From Octopus vulgaris (Eukaryota): a stretch of 64,000 bases of DNA. A model generated the notes under the pieces. The model was not told the origin of the DNA, did not search any database, and worked only from the letters and a program-made list of their open reading frames with translations. Both the position numbers and the translations under genes were made by a program. Where the stretch lies: assembly GCA_951406725.2 (NCBI GenBank), contig OX597823.1:7502001-7566000 (forward strand), given 5' to 3'. Positions 38,640-51,229 of the stretch are shown one piece after another (position 1 is the stretch's first letter; the number at the start of each line of letters is the position of its first letter).

Positions 38640-39440
38640 TATCATCATCATCGTTTAGCGTCCGTTTTCCATGCTAGCATGGGTTGGACGGTTCTACTGG
38701 GGTCTGTGAAGCCAGAAGGCTTCATCAGGCCCAGTCAAATCTGGCAGTGTTTCTATGGCTGGATGCCCTTCCTAATGCCAACCACTCCAAGAGTGTAGTG
38801 GGTGCTTTTTACGTGCCACCCGCACAGGTGCCAGACAGAGCTGGCAAACGGCCACGAACGGATGGTGCTTTTTATGTGCCACCAGCACGAGGGCCAGGCG
38901 AGGCTGGCAACGGACACGAAATGGGGCGGTGCTGGCAACGGTCGCGAAACAGAAGGTTCTCTTACATGCCACCAGCACTGGTAACACATCTGCAATTTCC
39001 ATTGATCGATTTCGATTCTGATCCTCACTTGCCTCAACAGGTCTTCACAAGTAGAGATTTGTGTCCCAAGAAGGGAAGGTATGCATACGTAGGCTGGCTC
39101 CATCCCATGTAGAAGGCCGCGGGTTATGGACTCACTTGTCCTGCCGGGTCTTCTCGCGCACAGCACACTTCCAGAGGACTCGGTCTCTAGTCATTTCCTC
39201 AGTGAGACCTAAAGTTCGAAGGTCGTGCTTCACCACCTCGTCCCAGGTTTTCCTGGGTCTGCCTCTTCCACAGGTTCCCTCAATCGCTAGGGTGTGGCAC
39301 TTTTTCACACAACTATCTTCATCCATTCTCGCCACATGACCATACCAGCGCAAACGTCTCTCAACTGATGCTTCTTAGGTCCAGCTTTTCTCTCAAGGTA
39401 CTTACACTCTGCCGAGTATGAGTACTGACATTACACATCC
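38640..39440 (-). mobile_element. RTE LINE 3' end (ORF C-terminus plus UTR)
   Basis: LRWYGHVARMDEDSCVKKC..GRGRPRKTW..DRVLW..KTRQDK*. Confidence 0.9.
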
Positions 39441-39676
39441 ATATATATATATATATATACACATTGGATTTCTGTATATATATGTATATTGATTGGCGAT
39501 TTCTTTTCCTTCTTTCAACTTTTCCCTTTCTACTTTCTAGGGAAGAGCTATGCTAAAAACCACAGAACTCTCTCTTTTTACTGTGCATCAGGCTAATACA
39601 TTCCTTGTGCGTATCCTCTTGTTGCTTGTTAATTTTATTATTAGTTTATTTGAATTGTCTATATATATATATATAT

Positions 39677-40071
39677 ACTCTTTACTCTTTTACTCTTTTA
39701 CTTGTTTCAGTCATTTGACTGTGGCCATGCTGGAGCACCACCTTTCGTCAAGCAAATCGACCCCGGGACTTATTCTTTGTAAGCCCAGTACTTATTCTAT
39801 TGGTCTCTTTTGCCGAACCGCTAAGTGACGGAGACATAAACACACCAACATCAGTGGTCAAGCAATACTAGGGGAACAAACACAGACACACATATATATA
39901 TGTATATACATATATACGACAGGCTTCTTTCAGTTTCCGTCTACCAAATCCACTCACAAGGCTGTGGTCGGCCCGAGGTTATAGTAGAAGACACTTGCCC
40001 AAGGTGGTACGCAGTGGGAATGAACCCGGAACCATGTGGTTGGTAAGCAAGCTACTTACCACACAGCCACT
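39677..40071 (-). mobile_element. SINE family A (duplicated at ~48030-48424 and ~52488-52882)
   Basis: Full copy. Confidence 0.85.
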
Positions 40072-40474
40072 CATATATTTGTTTACTTATGCGTGTCTCT
40101 TTGTCTTGGTGTTGCATGATAGTTGTGAACGAATATTACTGTCAGGCAAGCAAGGACCTTTGCTCATCTTTTGTGGAAACATGTCTGGTCATGAAGAATT
40201 ATTTCCTTACTTGAAAACAGGTGAGGATTGGTGATAGGAAGAGCATCCAGCTGTGGAAATCCACCTCAACAAAATTCTATCCAACCCATGCAAGCATGGT
40301 AAAGCAGACATTAAAAGCTATAATGATGTATTCAATAACAAAAATCTCTAGAAATGAGTTTTTCTCGAAAGAAATCAAAGTCTTTACAGTGAAAAAAGTG
40401 ATAAAATTACTGAAACTTTGAAGTATCAAAATTAGTCTTCAGCTTGATGCCATATCTAATATAGGAAAATATGA

Positions 40475-40960
40475 ACAGAGCGGCTAACCGACTTCCATGC
40501 CAGTGACACATAAAAGGCACCATTTGAGTGTGATCGCTACCAGCATTGCCTTACTGGCACTTGTGCCCGTGCTAGTAGGGTGCTAAGAGCACCATCCCAC
40601 TGTGATCGTTGCCAGAGCGGCTAACTGGCTTCCGTGCCGGTGGCATGTAAAAGGCACTATTCGAGCATGATCGTTACCAGCGTCGCCTTACTGGCACCTG
40701 TGCCGATGGCATGTGTAAAACATTTGAGCAAGGTCGTTGCCAGTACTCCCTGACTGGCCCTCATGCCAGAGGCATGTAAAAAGCACCCACTACACTCTCG
40801 GAGTGGTTGGCATTAGGAAGGGCATCCAGCTGTAGAAACTCTGCCAGATCAAGATTAGAGCCTGGTGCAGCCATCTGGTTCGTCAGCCCTCAGTCAAAAT
40901 CGTCCAGCCCATGGAAAGCAGACGTTAAACGATGATGATGTTGATGATGATGATGATGAT
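40475..40960 (+). mobile_element. RTE 3' UTR with repeat units
   Basis: Homologous to 37740-38220. Confidence 0.8.
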
Positions 40961-41222
40961 GAAAAAAGTTGTAATCTTGCCAGCAGGATTTGAATACCAT
41001 TTTTGTCATAAACTATATAGCTGTTTTAAGCATTGTTGAGATGCATGGCTTAATGGTTAGTGTGTTGGACTCCTGATTGTAAGATTGTGGTTTTGATTCC
41101 TAGATCGGGCAATGTGTTGTATTATTCAGCAAAACACTTCATTTCACATTACTCCAGTCCACTTACCTGGTGAAAAGGAATAATCCTGTGACAGACTGGT
41201 GTCCTGTCCTGGTGAGAAATAT

Positions 41223-41615
41223 ATCATCATTTAATGTCCACTTTCCATGCTAGCATGGGTTGGACGAATGACTGAGGGCTGGCGAACCAGATGGCTGCAC
41301 CAGACTCCAATCTTGATCTGGCAGAGTTTCTACAGCTGGATGCCCTTCCTAACACCAACCCCTCCGAGAGTGTAGTGGGTGCTGTTACATGCCACCAGCA
41401 CGGGGCCAGTCAGGCAGTACTGGCAATGACCTCACTCAAATCTTTTGAACATGCCACCAGCACAGGTACCAGTAAGGCGATGCTGGTAACGATCACGCTC
41501 AAATGGTGTCTTTTACATGCCACTGGCATGGAGGCCAGATAGCCACTCTGGCAACGATCACACTTGGATGGTGCTCTTAATACCCTACTAGCACAGGGCT
41601 CGAGTGCCAGTAAGG
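41223..41615 (-). mobile_element. RTE 3' UTR inserted into a V-type SINE (41035-41670)
   Basis: SINE head at 41035-41220 resumes at ~41620 (CCATGAAACTAGGAAACTGG). Confidence 0.75.
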
Positions 41616-42540
41616 CACACCATGAAACTAGGAAACTGGCCCCTATGAGTCACTATGACTTGAGAAGGCAATTTTACCGTTACCTTGTTCTAATCATTCA
41701 CCAAAGAAACATTACAATATTGATTGTTCAATTAGAAGATCATGATTACACATACCACTGGCCCGTTCAGTCCACATAATATCAAATGTTCAGCATTACA
41801 TATATCTATTATAGAAAGATGGAGAAAAGTTCTAACATTGCCAGTAGGATTTGAGTTCAGAGTTCAAACCCAACAGAGGTAGACTTGAACATTACCTTTT
41901 ATTATGGTTGATGAGCTAAACACCAGGTAATGTATTGGGAAATGAACAATGTCATGACTATTTCCTTCCTTAATGACTTTGTAAATTGACCAATAAATAT
42001 TTGGAGCAAAATCTAGTAACATTTTCTCTCGGTGACATATGGCACTTCAAAAAACATATTGGCTGTTTTTGAAAAGAAACAAAATGATTTCGGCGTTAAT
42101 TGATAGTCATCTCTCTGTAATGTTGGGCCACAGAGGATAAATGTGGCTTCAGCTTCAACCCTTCATTTGGATTAAATTTCAATGAAGCTTTCTGTTTCTA
42201 CAGGATGGGATTATAAAGCAAAAATACAATTCAAAAGTCATCTAGAAGTTGAAATTCTCGTTATGTTTATTGAAAGAGCGAAATACATATTTTACATTCA
42301 ATATCAAATCACTATAATTAGTTTTCTATATGTTGTCTTCAAGCAAGATAAAAAGAACACAACTCCATCATATAATTATTCAGAAAAAATTATTCTGCTT
42401 TATTTTTAGCCATGAATCTTCTGTGTATTATCCGTGTATAATTAAACACATACATGCAACTTTTAAGCAATAGCCTACGTGCCACGAACGTTGGTTTTAG
42501 TCTAGTACAAGTAATAAGCGACGTTTTATTTTATGATAGA

Positions 42541-42939
42541 CTAGCAGTATCGCCCGGCATTGCTCGGGTTTGTTTCGACCCTTTAGAATTGGAATTTTTG
42601 AAAAGTAAAAATTTTGCATCATGTAGCTTGTTATTCTCTTTAGTGAACATTTTTCTGGTTGAAATACACCGAAAAATGGCGACACGGCAGTCAAAAAATC
42701 GTAAAAAATGGGGATTTTCATAGAAAAAAAGCACCATTTTGATGTAAATAATTTTTGATGTTAACATGGTACGATTTGAATTTTTTCTTCTACGGAAGGA
42801 AGAACAAGCCGTCTTCTATCATACTCTCAATTTTGGTCAACTTGCGCTGCAGGGTCTCGGAGGAGATAGTGTTAGTTGAAGGCTACCAAACCTGCCATAC
42901 ACAGACAACTTCAGCTATATATATATATATATAGGAAGA
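42541..42939 (-). mobile_element. Non-autonomous Helitron
   Basis: Minus strand A|TCTTCCTATATAT...CCCGAGCAATGCCGGG hairpin...CTAG|T: 5' TC, 3' CTAG with subterminal hairpin, A/T insertion, no TSD. Confidence 0.85.
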
Positions 42940-43469
42940 TTTATTCCTAAAAAAATTAAAAATCTTTACGAACAAGGGAAGCAACTTATTTAATAGCAAA
43001 TTCTTGTTGCTGCCCTTGCTTCTTGTTGTGTAAAGGAGTTATCGTCCTTTGCAGTTGTAGCCGTGTGAGATATTTTATAAAAAGAAAATCTCATTGCTAC
43101 CTACTGAACTAAATTCTTTATTACACAAAAAATAGAAACAAGTAACGATGCGGACGGGTGGGTGGGTTGTCGACTTTATAAAGACTTTATAAATTGAATA
43201 TGCAATATAGCTATTTACATTTAACGCTTAGAAGAAGGGATATACTCACCGTAAATTGCAGCTTGCAAATCAATCTATCAAGCCTGAGAAAATATCTCCA
43301 AACTACGATTCGATTTATACATCAAGAATTTTATGTAAACCTTTACTACAGGGTGGTCAACTAATGGAACACCATTTCTAATAATTGCTGTACACCGCTT
43401 ACCATATTTCAGACAGCTTGCCAGAAATATGTCCGGCTAAAACTCGTGTTTGGTGAACATATTTAATAT

Positions 43470-43733
43470 ATTTGTTTGTTCCTTCTCGAGCCACGCTTGG
43501 CTCGTTAGGGCCGACTTCCCGGTTTCCTTGGCGTATAGGTTCCCCACCAGGTGCACTGCAAAATGCAGGAAAGAGCGAAAGAGTCAGCAGAAGTTCGCCA
43601 TTACCTTCTGCCTGAGTCGCGTGGAGCTTAGGTGTTTCGCTAGTAAACACACACATCGCCCGGTCTGAGATTCGAACCCGCAAACCCTCGACCGTGAATC
43701 CGCTGCTTTAACCACTAGGCCATGTGCCTCCAC
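43470..43733 (-). mobile_element. tRNA-derived SINE family C
   Basis: Homologous to 80-358; B box GGTTCGAATC. Confidence 0.85.
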
Positions 43734-43974
43734 ATTTAATATATTTATTTAGTGATTAATATAGAATAATGGGATCTTTTCTGCTTGGCTGTAAATATTC
43801 AATCGCTTCAATTTCTATTTGAATTGATTTCATATTCAGTGTAATGATATACTTTTATATGCTAATCAATGCCATGAAAATCATTTTCGCCATAAATCAA
43901 TAAAAAAAGAGTTATTGGCTATTAAAGTTTGAGTAATTTTGGCAGCCAAACAGAAAAGATCCGAATAATGTGAT

Positions 43975-44048
43975 CATTAACATTATCATTATTATTATTA
44001 TCATTATTATTATTATCATTATTATTATTTTTACTATTATTATTATTG

Positions 44049-44112
<64 letters not shown>
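43975..44112. repeat. (ATT)/(ATC) microsatellite
   Basis: Direct inspection. Confidence 0.9.
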
Positions 44113-44210
44113 ATAGTGATTATATAGTGAGCTGGGGGAATTGTTTGCACGTTGGATGAAGTTCTGAGCTGCAACTGCATTTCACCCATCACTGCATTCT
44201 GAATTCAAAT

Positions 44211-46773
44211 TTATCATCAAACATTTTCATCAAACATTTATCATCAAACATTTTCATCAAACATTTTCATCAAACATTTTCATCAAACATTTTCATCAAA
44301 CATTTTCATCAAACATTTTAATCAAACATTTTCATCAAATATTTTCTTCAAACATTTTCATCAAACATTTCCATCAAACATTATCATCAATCATTATCTT
44401 CGAACATTTTCATAAAACATTTATCTTCAAACATTTTCATCAAACATTTTCATCAAACATTTTCATCAAACATTTTCATCAAGCATTTTCAACAAATATT
44501 TTTATCAAACATTTTCATCAAACATTTATTATCAAACATTCTCCTCAAACATTTTCATCAAACATTTTTCATCAAACATTTTCATCTAACATTTTCATCA
44601 AACATTTTAATCAAACATTTATCAACAAACATTAATCATCAAACATTTATCATCAAACATTTTCATCAAATCAATAATCATCAAACATTTTAATCAAACA
44701 AATTTCATCAGACATTTTCATCAAACATTATCATCAATCATTATCTTTGAACATTTTCATCAAACAATTATCATCAAACATTTTCATCAAACATTTTCAT
44801 AAAACATTTATCATCAAATATTTTCATCAAATATTTTCATCAAACATTTTCATCAAGAATTTTCAACAAATATTTTCATCAAACATTTTCATCAAACATT
44901 TTCATCAAACATTTTCATCAAACATTTTCATCAACCATTTATCAACAAACATTAATCATCAAACATTTATCATCAAACCTTTACTACAGGGTGGTCAACC
45001 AATGGAAAACCATTTCTAATAATTGCTGTACACCGCTTACCATATTTCAGACTGCTTACCAGAAATATGTGTGGCTAAAACTCGTGTTTGGTGAACATAT
45101 TGAATATATTTATTTGTTCTTTCTCGAGCCAAACATTTTCATTAAACATTCTCATCAAATATTTTTTTAAACATTTATCATCAAACATGTTCATCAAACA
45201 TTTTCATAAATCATTTATCATCAAATATTTTCATCAAACATTTTCATCAAGAATTTTCAACAAATATTTTCATCAAACATTTTCATCAAACATTTTCATC
45301 AAACATTTTCATCAACCATTTTAATCAAACATTCTCATCAAATATTTTTTTAAACATTTTCATCAAACATTTTCATCAAACATTTCCATCAAACATTCTC
45401 ATCAAACATTTCCATCAAATATTATCATCAAACATTATCTTCAAACATTTTCATGAAACATTTATCATCAAACATTTTCATCAAACATTTTCATCAAATA
45501 ATTTATTAAAACATTTTCATCAAACATATTCGTCAAACATTTTCATCAAACATTTAACTCAAATATTTTATTCAAATATTTTCATCTAACATTTTCACCA
45601 AACATTTTCATCAAAAATTTATTCAAACATTTTCATCAAACATTTTTCATCAAACATTTTAATAAAGCATTTTCAACAAACATTTTCATCAAACATATTC
45701 ATCAAACATTTTCATAAAACGTTTTCATCAAACATTTTAATAAAACATTTTCAACAAACATTTTCATCAAACATTTTCATCAAACATTTTCATCAAACAT
45801 TTATTATCAAACATTCTCCTCAAACATTTTCAACAAATATTTTCATCAAGCATTTTCATCAAACATTTTCATCAAACGTTTTCATCAAACATTTTCATCA
45901 AACATTTTAATCAAACAAATTTCATCAGACATTTTCTTCAAACATTATCATCAAACATTATCTTCGAACATTTTCATAAAACATTTATCTTCAAACATTT
46001 TCATCAAACATTTATCATCAAACATTTTCATCAAACATTTTCATCAAACATTTTTCATCAAACATTTTCATCAAACGTTATCATCAAACATTTTCATCAA
46101 ACATTTATTATCAAACATTCTCCTCAAACATTTTCATCTAACATTTTCATCAAATATTTTCATCAAACATTTATCAACAAACATTAATCATCAAAAATTT
46201 ATCATCAAACATTTTCATGAAACATTTTCATCAAACATTTATTATCAAACATTCTCCTCAAACATTTTCAACAAATATTTTCATCAAGCATTTTCATCAA
46301 ACATTTTCATCAAACGTTTTCATCAAACATTTTCATCAAACATTTTAATAAAACAAATTTCATCAGACATTTTCTTCAAACATTATCATCAAACATTATC
46401 TTCGAACATTTTCATAAAACATTTATCTTCAAACATTTTCATCAAACATTTATCATCAAACATTTTCATCAAACATTTTCATCAAACATTTTTCATCAAA
46501 CATTTTCATCAAACGTTATCATCAAACATTTTCATCTAACATTTTCATCAAATATTTTCATCAAACATTTATCAACAAACATTAATCATCAAACATTTAT
46601 CATCAAATATTTTCATCAAACATTTTCATCAAACATTTATCAACAAACATTTTCATCAAACATAAAAAATCAAACATTCTCCTCAAACATCTTCATTACA
46701 CATTTTCATCAAACATTTTCATCTAACATTTTCATCAAACATTTGCATCAAACATTTTATCAACAAACATTAA
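44211..46773. repeat. 13-bp satellite (CATCAAACATTTT)n, block 1
   Basis: Long array of variant monomers; contains a 157-bp foreign insert at 44975-45131. Confidence 0.97.
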
Positions 46774-48811
46774 TATAAGGTGGTGAGCTGGCTGAAACGT
46801 TAGCACACTGGGCAAAATACTAAGCCGTATTTTGTCTCTGTCTTTACGTTCTAAGTTCAAATTTTGGTGTGGTCGACTTTGCCTTTCATCCTTTTGGGGT
46901 CGATAAATATCAAAGGAAGGCTAACTGGGAGGATAGCTTTTGTATGTGGCAGTTGCTCGGGAGCTATAAATAACACTGCAAATGATGATATATCATCATC
47001 ATCGTTTAGCGTCCGTTTTCCATGCTAGCATGGGTTGGACGGTTCTACTGGGGTCTGTGAAGCCAGAAGGCTTCATCAGGCCCAGTCAAATCTGGCAGTG
47101 TTTCTACGGCTGGATGCCCTTCCTAATGCCAACCACTCCAAGAGTGTAGTGGGTGCTTTTTACGTGCCACCCGCACAGGTGCCAGACAGAGCTGGCAAAC
47201 GGCCACGAACGGATGGTGCTTTTTATGTGCCACCAGCACGAGGGCCAGGCGAGGCTGGCAACGGACACGAAACGGGGCGGTGCTGGCAACGGTCGCGAAA
47301 CAGAAGGTTCTCTTACATGCCACCAGCACTGGTAACACATCTGCAATTTCCATTGATCGATTTCGATTCTGATCCTCACTTGCCTCAACAGGTCTTCACA
47401 AGTAGAGATTTGTGTCCCAAGAAGGGAAGGTATGCATACGTAGGCTGGCTCCATCCCATGTAGAAGGCCGCGGGTTATGGACTCACTTGTCCTGCCGGGT
47501 CTTCTCGCGCACAGCACACTTCCAGAGGACTCGGTCTCTAGTCATTTCCTCAGTGAGACCTAAAGTTCGAAGGTCGTGCTTCACCACCTCGTCCCAGGTT
47601 TTCCTGGGTCTGCCTCTTCCACAGGTTCCCTCAATCGCTAGGGTGTGGCACTTTTTCACACAACTATCTTCATCCATTCTCGCCACATGACCATACCAGC
47701 GCAAACGTCTCTCAACTGATGCTTCTTAGGTCCAGCTTTTCTCTCAAGGTACTTACACTCTGCCGAGTATGAGTACTGACATTACACATCCATATATATA
47801 TATATATATATATACACATTGGATTTCTGTATATATATGTATATTGATTGGCGATTTCTTTTCCTTCTTTCAACTTTTCCCTTTCTACTTTCTAGGGAAG
47901 AGCTATGCTAAAAACCACAGAACTCTCTCTTTTTACTGTGCATCAGGCTAATACATTCCTTGTGCGTATCCTCTTGTTGCTTGTTAATTTTATTATTAGT
48001 TTATTTGAATTGTCTATATATATATATATACTCTTTACTCTTTTACTCTTTTACTTGTTTCAGTCATTTGACTGTGGCCATGCTGGAGCACCACCTTTCG
48101 TCAAGCAAATCGACCCCGGGACTTATTCTTTGTAAGCCCAGTACTTATTCTATTGGTCTCTTTTGCCGAACCGCTAAGTGACGGAGACATAAACACACCA
48201 ACATCAGTGGTCAAGCAATACTAGGGGAACAAACACAAACACACATATATATATGTATATACATATATACGACAGGCTTCTTTCAGTTTCCGTCTACCAA
48301 ATCCACTCACAAGGCTGTGGTCGGCCCGAGGTTATAGTAGAAGACACTTGCCCAAGGTGGTACGCAGTGGGAATGAACCCGGAACCATGTGGTTGGTAAG
48401 CAAGCTACTTACCACACAGCCACTCATATATTTGTTTACTTATGCGTGTCTCTTTGTCTTGGTGTTGCATGATAGTTGTGAACGAATATTACTGTCAGGC
48501 AAGCAAGGACCTTTGCTCATCTTTTGTGGAAACATGTCTGGTCATGAAGAATTATTTCCTTACTTGAAAACAGGTGAGAATTGGTGATAGGAAGAGCATC
48601 CAGCTGCGGAAATCCACCTCAACAAAATTCTATCCAACCCATGCAAGCATGGTAAAGCAGACATTAAAAGCTATAATGATGTATTCAATAACAAAAATCT
48701 CTAGAAATAAGTTTTTCTCGAAAGAAATCAAAGTCTTTACAGTGAAAAAAGTGATAAAATTACTGAATCTTTGAAGTATCAAAATTAGTCTTCAGCTTGA
48801 TGCCATATCTA
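46774..48811 (+). repeat. Duplicate 1 of segment 38423-40458
   Basis: Near-identical ORF set offset by 8351 bp; about 7 substitutions seen versus the donor. Confidence 0.97.
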
Positions 48812-51229
48812 TTATTATCAAACATTCTCCTCAAACATTTTCAACAAATATTTTCATCAAGCATTTTCATCAAACATTTTCATCAAACGTTTTCATCAAA
48901 CATTTTCGTCAAACATTTTAATAAAACAAATTTCATCAGACATTTTCTTCAAACATTATCATCAAACATTATCTTCGAACATTTTCATAAAACATTTATC
49001 TTCAAACATTTTCATCAAACATTTATCATCAAACATTTTCATCAAACATTTTCATCAAACATTTTTCATCAAACATTTTCATCAAACGTTATCATCAAAC
49101 ATTTTCATCAAACATTTATTATCAAACATTCTCCTCAAACATTTTCATCTAACATTTTCATGAAATATTTTCATCAAACATTTATCAACAAACATTAATC
49201 ATTAAACATTTATAATCAAATATTTTCATCAAACATTTTCATCAAACATTTATCAACAAACATTTTCATCAAACATAAAAAATCAAACATTCTCCTCAAA
49301 CATCTTCATTACACATTTTCATCAAACATTTTCATCTAACATTTGCATCAAACATTTGCATCAAACATTTTATCAACAAACATTAATCATCAAACATTTT
49401 CCTCAAACATTTTCATCAGACATTTTCATCAAGCATTATCATCAAACATTATCTTCAAACATTTTCATCAAACATTCATCATCAAATAATTTCATCAAAC
49501 ATTTTCATCAAATATTTTCATCAAACATTTTCATCAAACATTTTCATGAAACATTTTCATCAAACAATAATCATCAAACATTCCTATCAAACATTTTCAT
49601 CAAACCATTCTATCAAACATTTTCATCGAACATTTCCATCAAACATTTATCAAGAATATTCATCAAGCATTTTCGTCAAACATTTTCATCAGACATTTTC
49701 ATCAAGCATTATCATCAAATATTTTCATCAAACATTTTCATCAAACATTTTCATCAAACATTTTCATCAACCATTTTAATCAAACATTCTCATCAAATAT
49801 TTTTTTTAAACATTTTCATCAAACATTTTCATCAAACATTTCCATCAAACATTCTCATCAAACATTTCCATCAAATATTATCATCAAACATTATCTTCAA
49901 ACATTTTCATGAAACATTTATCATCAAACATTTTCATCAAACATTTTCATCAAATAATTTATTAAAACATTTTCATCAAACATATTCGTCAAACATTTTC
50001 ATCAAACATTTAACTCAAATATTTTATTCAAATATTTTCATCTAACATTTTCACCAAACATTTTCATCAAAAATTTATTCAAACATTTTCATCAAACATT
50101 TTTCATCAAACATTTTAATAAAGCATTTTCAACAAACATTTTCATCAAACATATTCATCAAACATTTTCATAAAACGTTTTCATCAAACATTTTAATAAA
50201 ACATTTTCAACAAACATTTTCATCAAACATTTTCATCAAACATTTTCATCAAACATTTATTATCAAACATTCTCCTCAAACATTTTCAACAAATATTTTC
50301 ATCAAGCATTTTCATCAAACATTTTCATCAAACGTTTTCATCAAACATTTTCATCAAACATTTTAATCAAACAAATTTCATCAGACATTTTCTTCAAACA
50401 TTATCATCAAACATTATCTTCGAACATTTTCATAAAACATTTATCTTCAAACATTTTCATCAAACATTTATCATCAAACATTTTCATCAAACATTTTCAT
50501 CAAACATTTTTCATCAAACATTTTCATCAAACGTTATCATCAAACATTTTCATCAAACATTTATTATCAAACATTCTCCTCAAACATTTTCATCTAACAT
50601 TTTCATCAAATATTTTCATCAAACATTTATCAACAAACATTAATCATCAAAAATTTATCATCAAACATTTTCATGAAACATTTTCATCAAACATTTATTA
50701 TCAAACATTCTCCTCAAACATTTTCAACAAATATTTTCATCAAGCATTTTCATCAAACATTTTCATCAAACGTTTTCATCAAACATTTTCATCAAACATT
50801 TTAATAAAACAAATTTCATCAGACATTTTCTTCAAACATTATCATCAAACATTATCTTCGAACATTTTCATAAAACATTTATCTTCAAACATTTTCATCA
50901 AACATTTATCATCAAACATTTTCATCAAACATTTTCATCAAACATTTTTCATCAAACATTTTCATCAAACGTTATCATCAAACATTTTCATCTAACATTT
51001 TCATCAAATATTTTCATCAAACATTTATCAACAAACATTAATCATCAAACATTTATCATCAAATATTTTCATCAAACATTTTCATCAAACATTTATCAAC
51101 AAACATTTTCATCAAACATAAAAAATCAAACATTCTCCTCAAACATCTTCATTACACATTTTCATCAAACATTTTCATCTAACATTTTCATCAAACATTT
51201 GCATCAAACATTTTATCAACAAACATTAA
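48812..51229. repeat. 13-bp satellite, block 2
   Basis: Same monomer; its distal part reproduces the distal part of block 1. Confidence 0.97.

Noticed and set aside
38684-39112. 142-aa ORF repeated four times (38684, 47035, 51491, 56018)
   Set aside because: Antisense reading of an RTE 3' UTR; its recurrence is explained by the segmental duplication.
48797-50045. FSSNIFIKHFHQT-repeat ORFs
   Set aside because: Translation of the 13-bp satellite; broken by indels and stops, with no sign of frame preservation.
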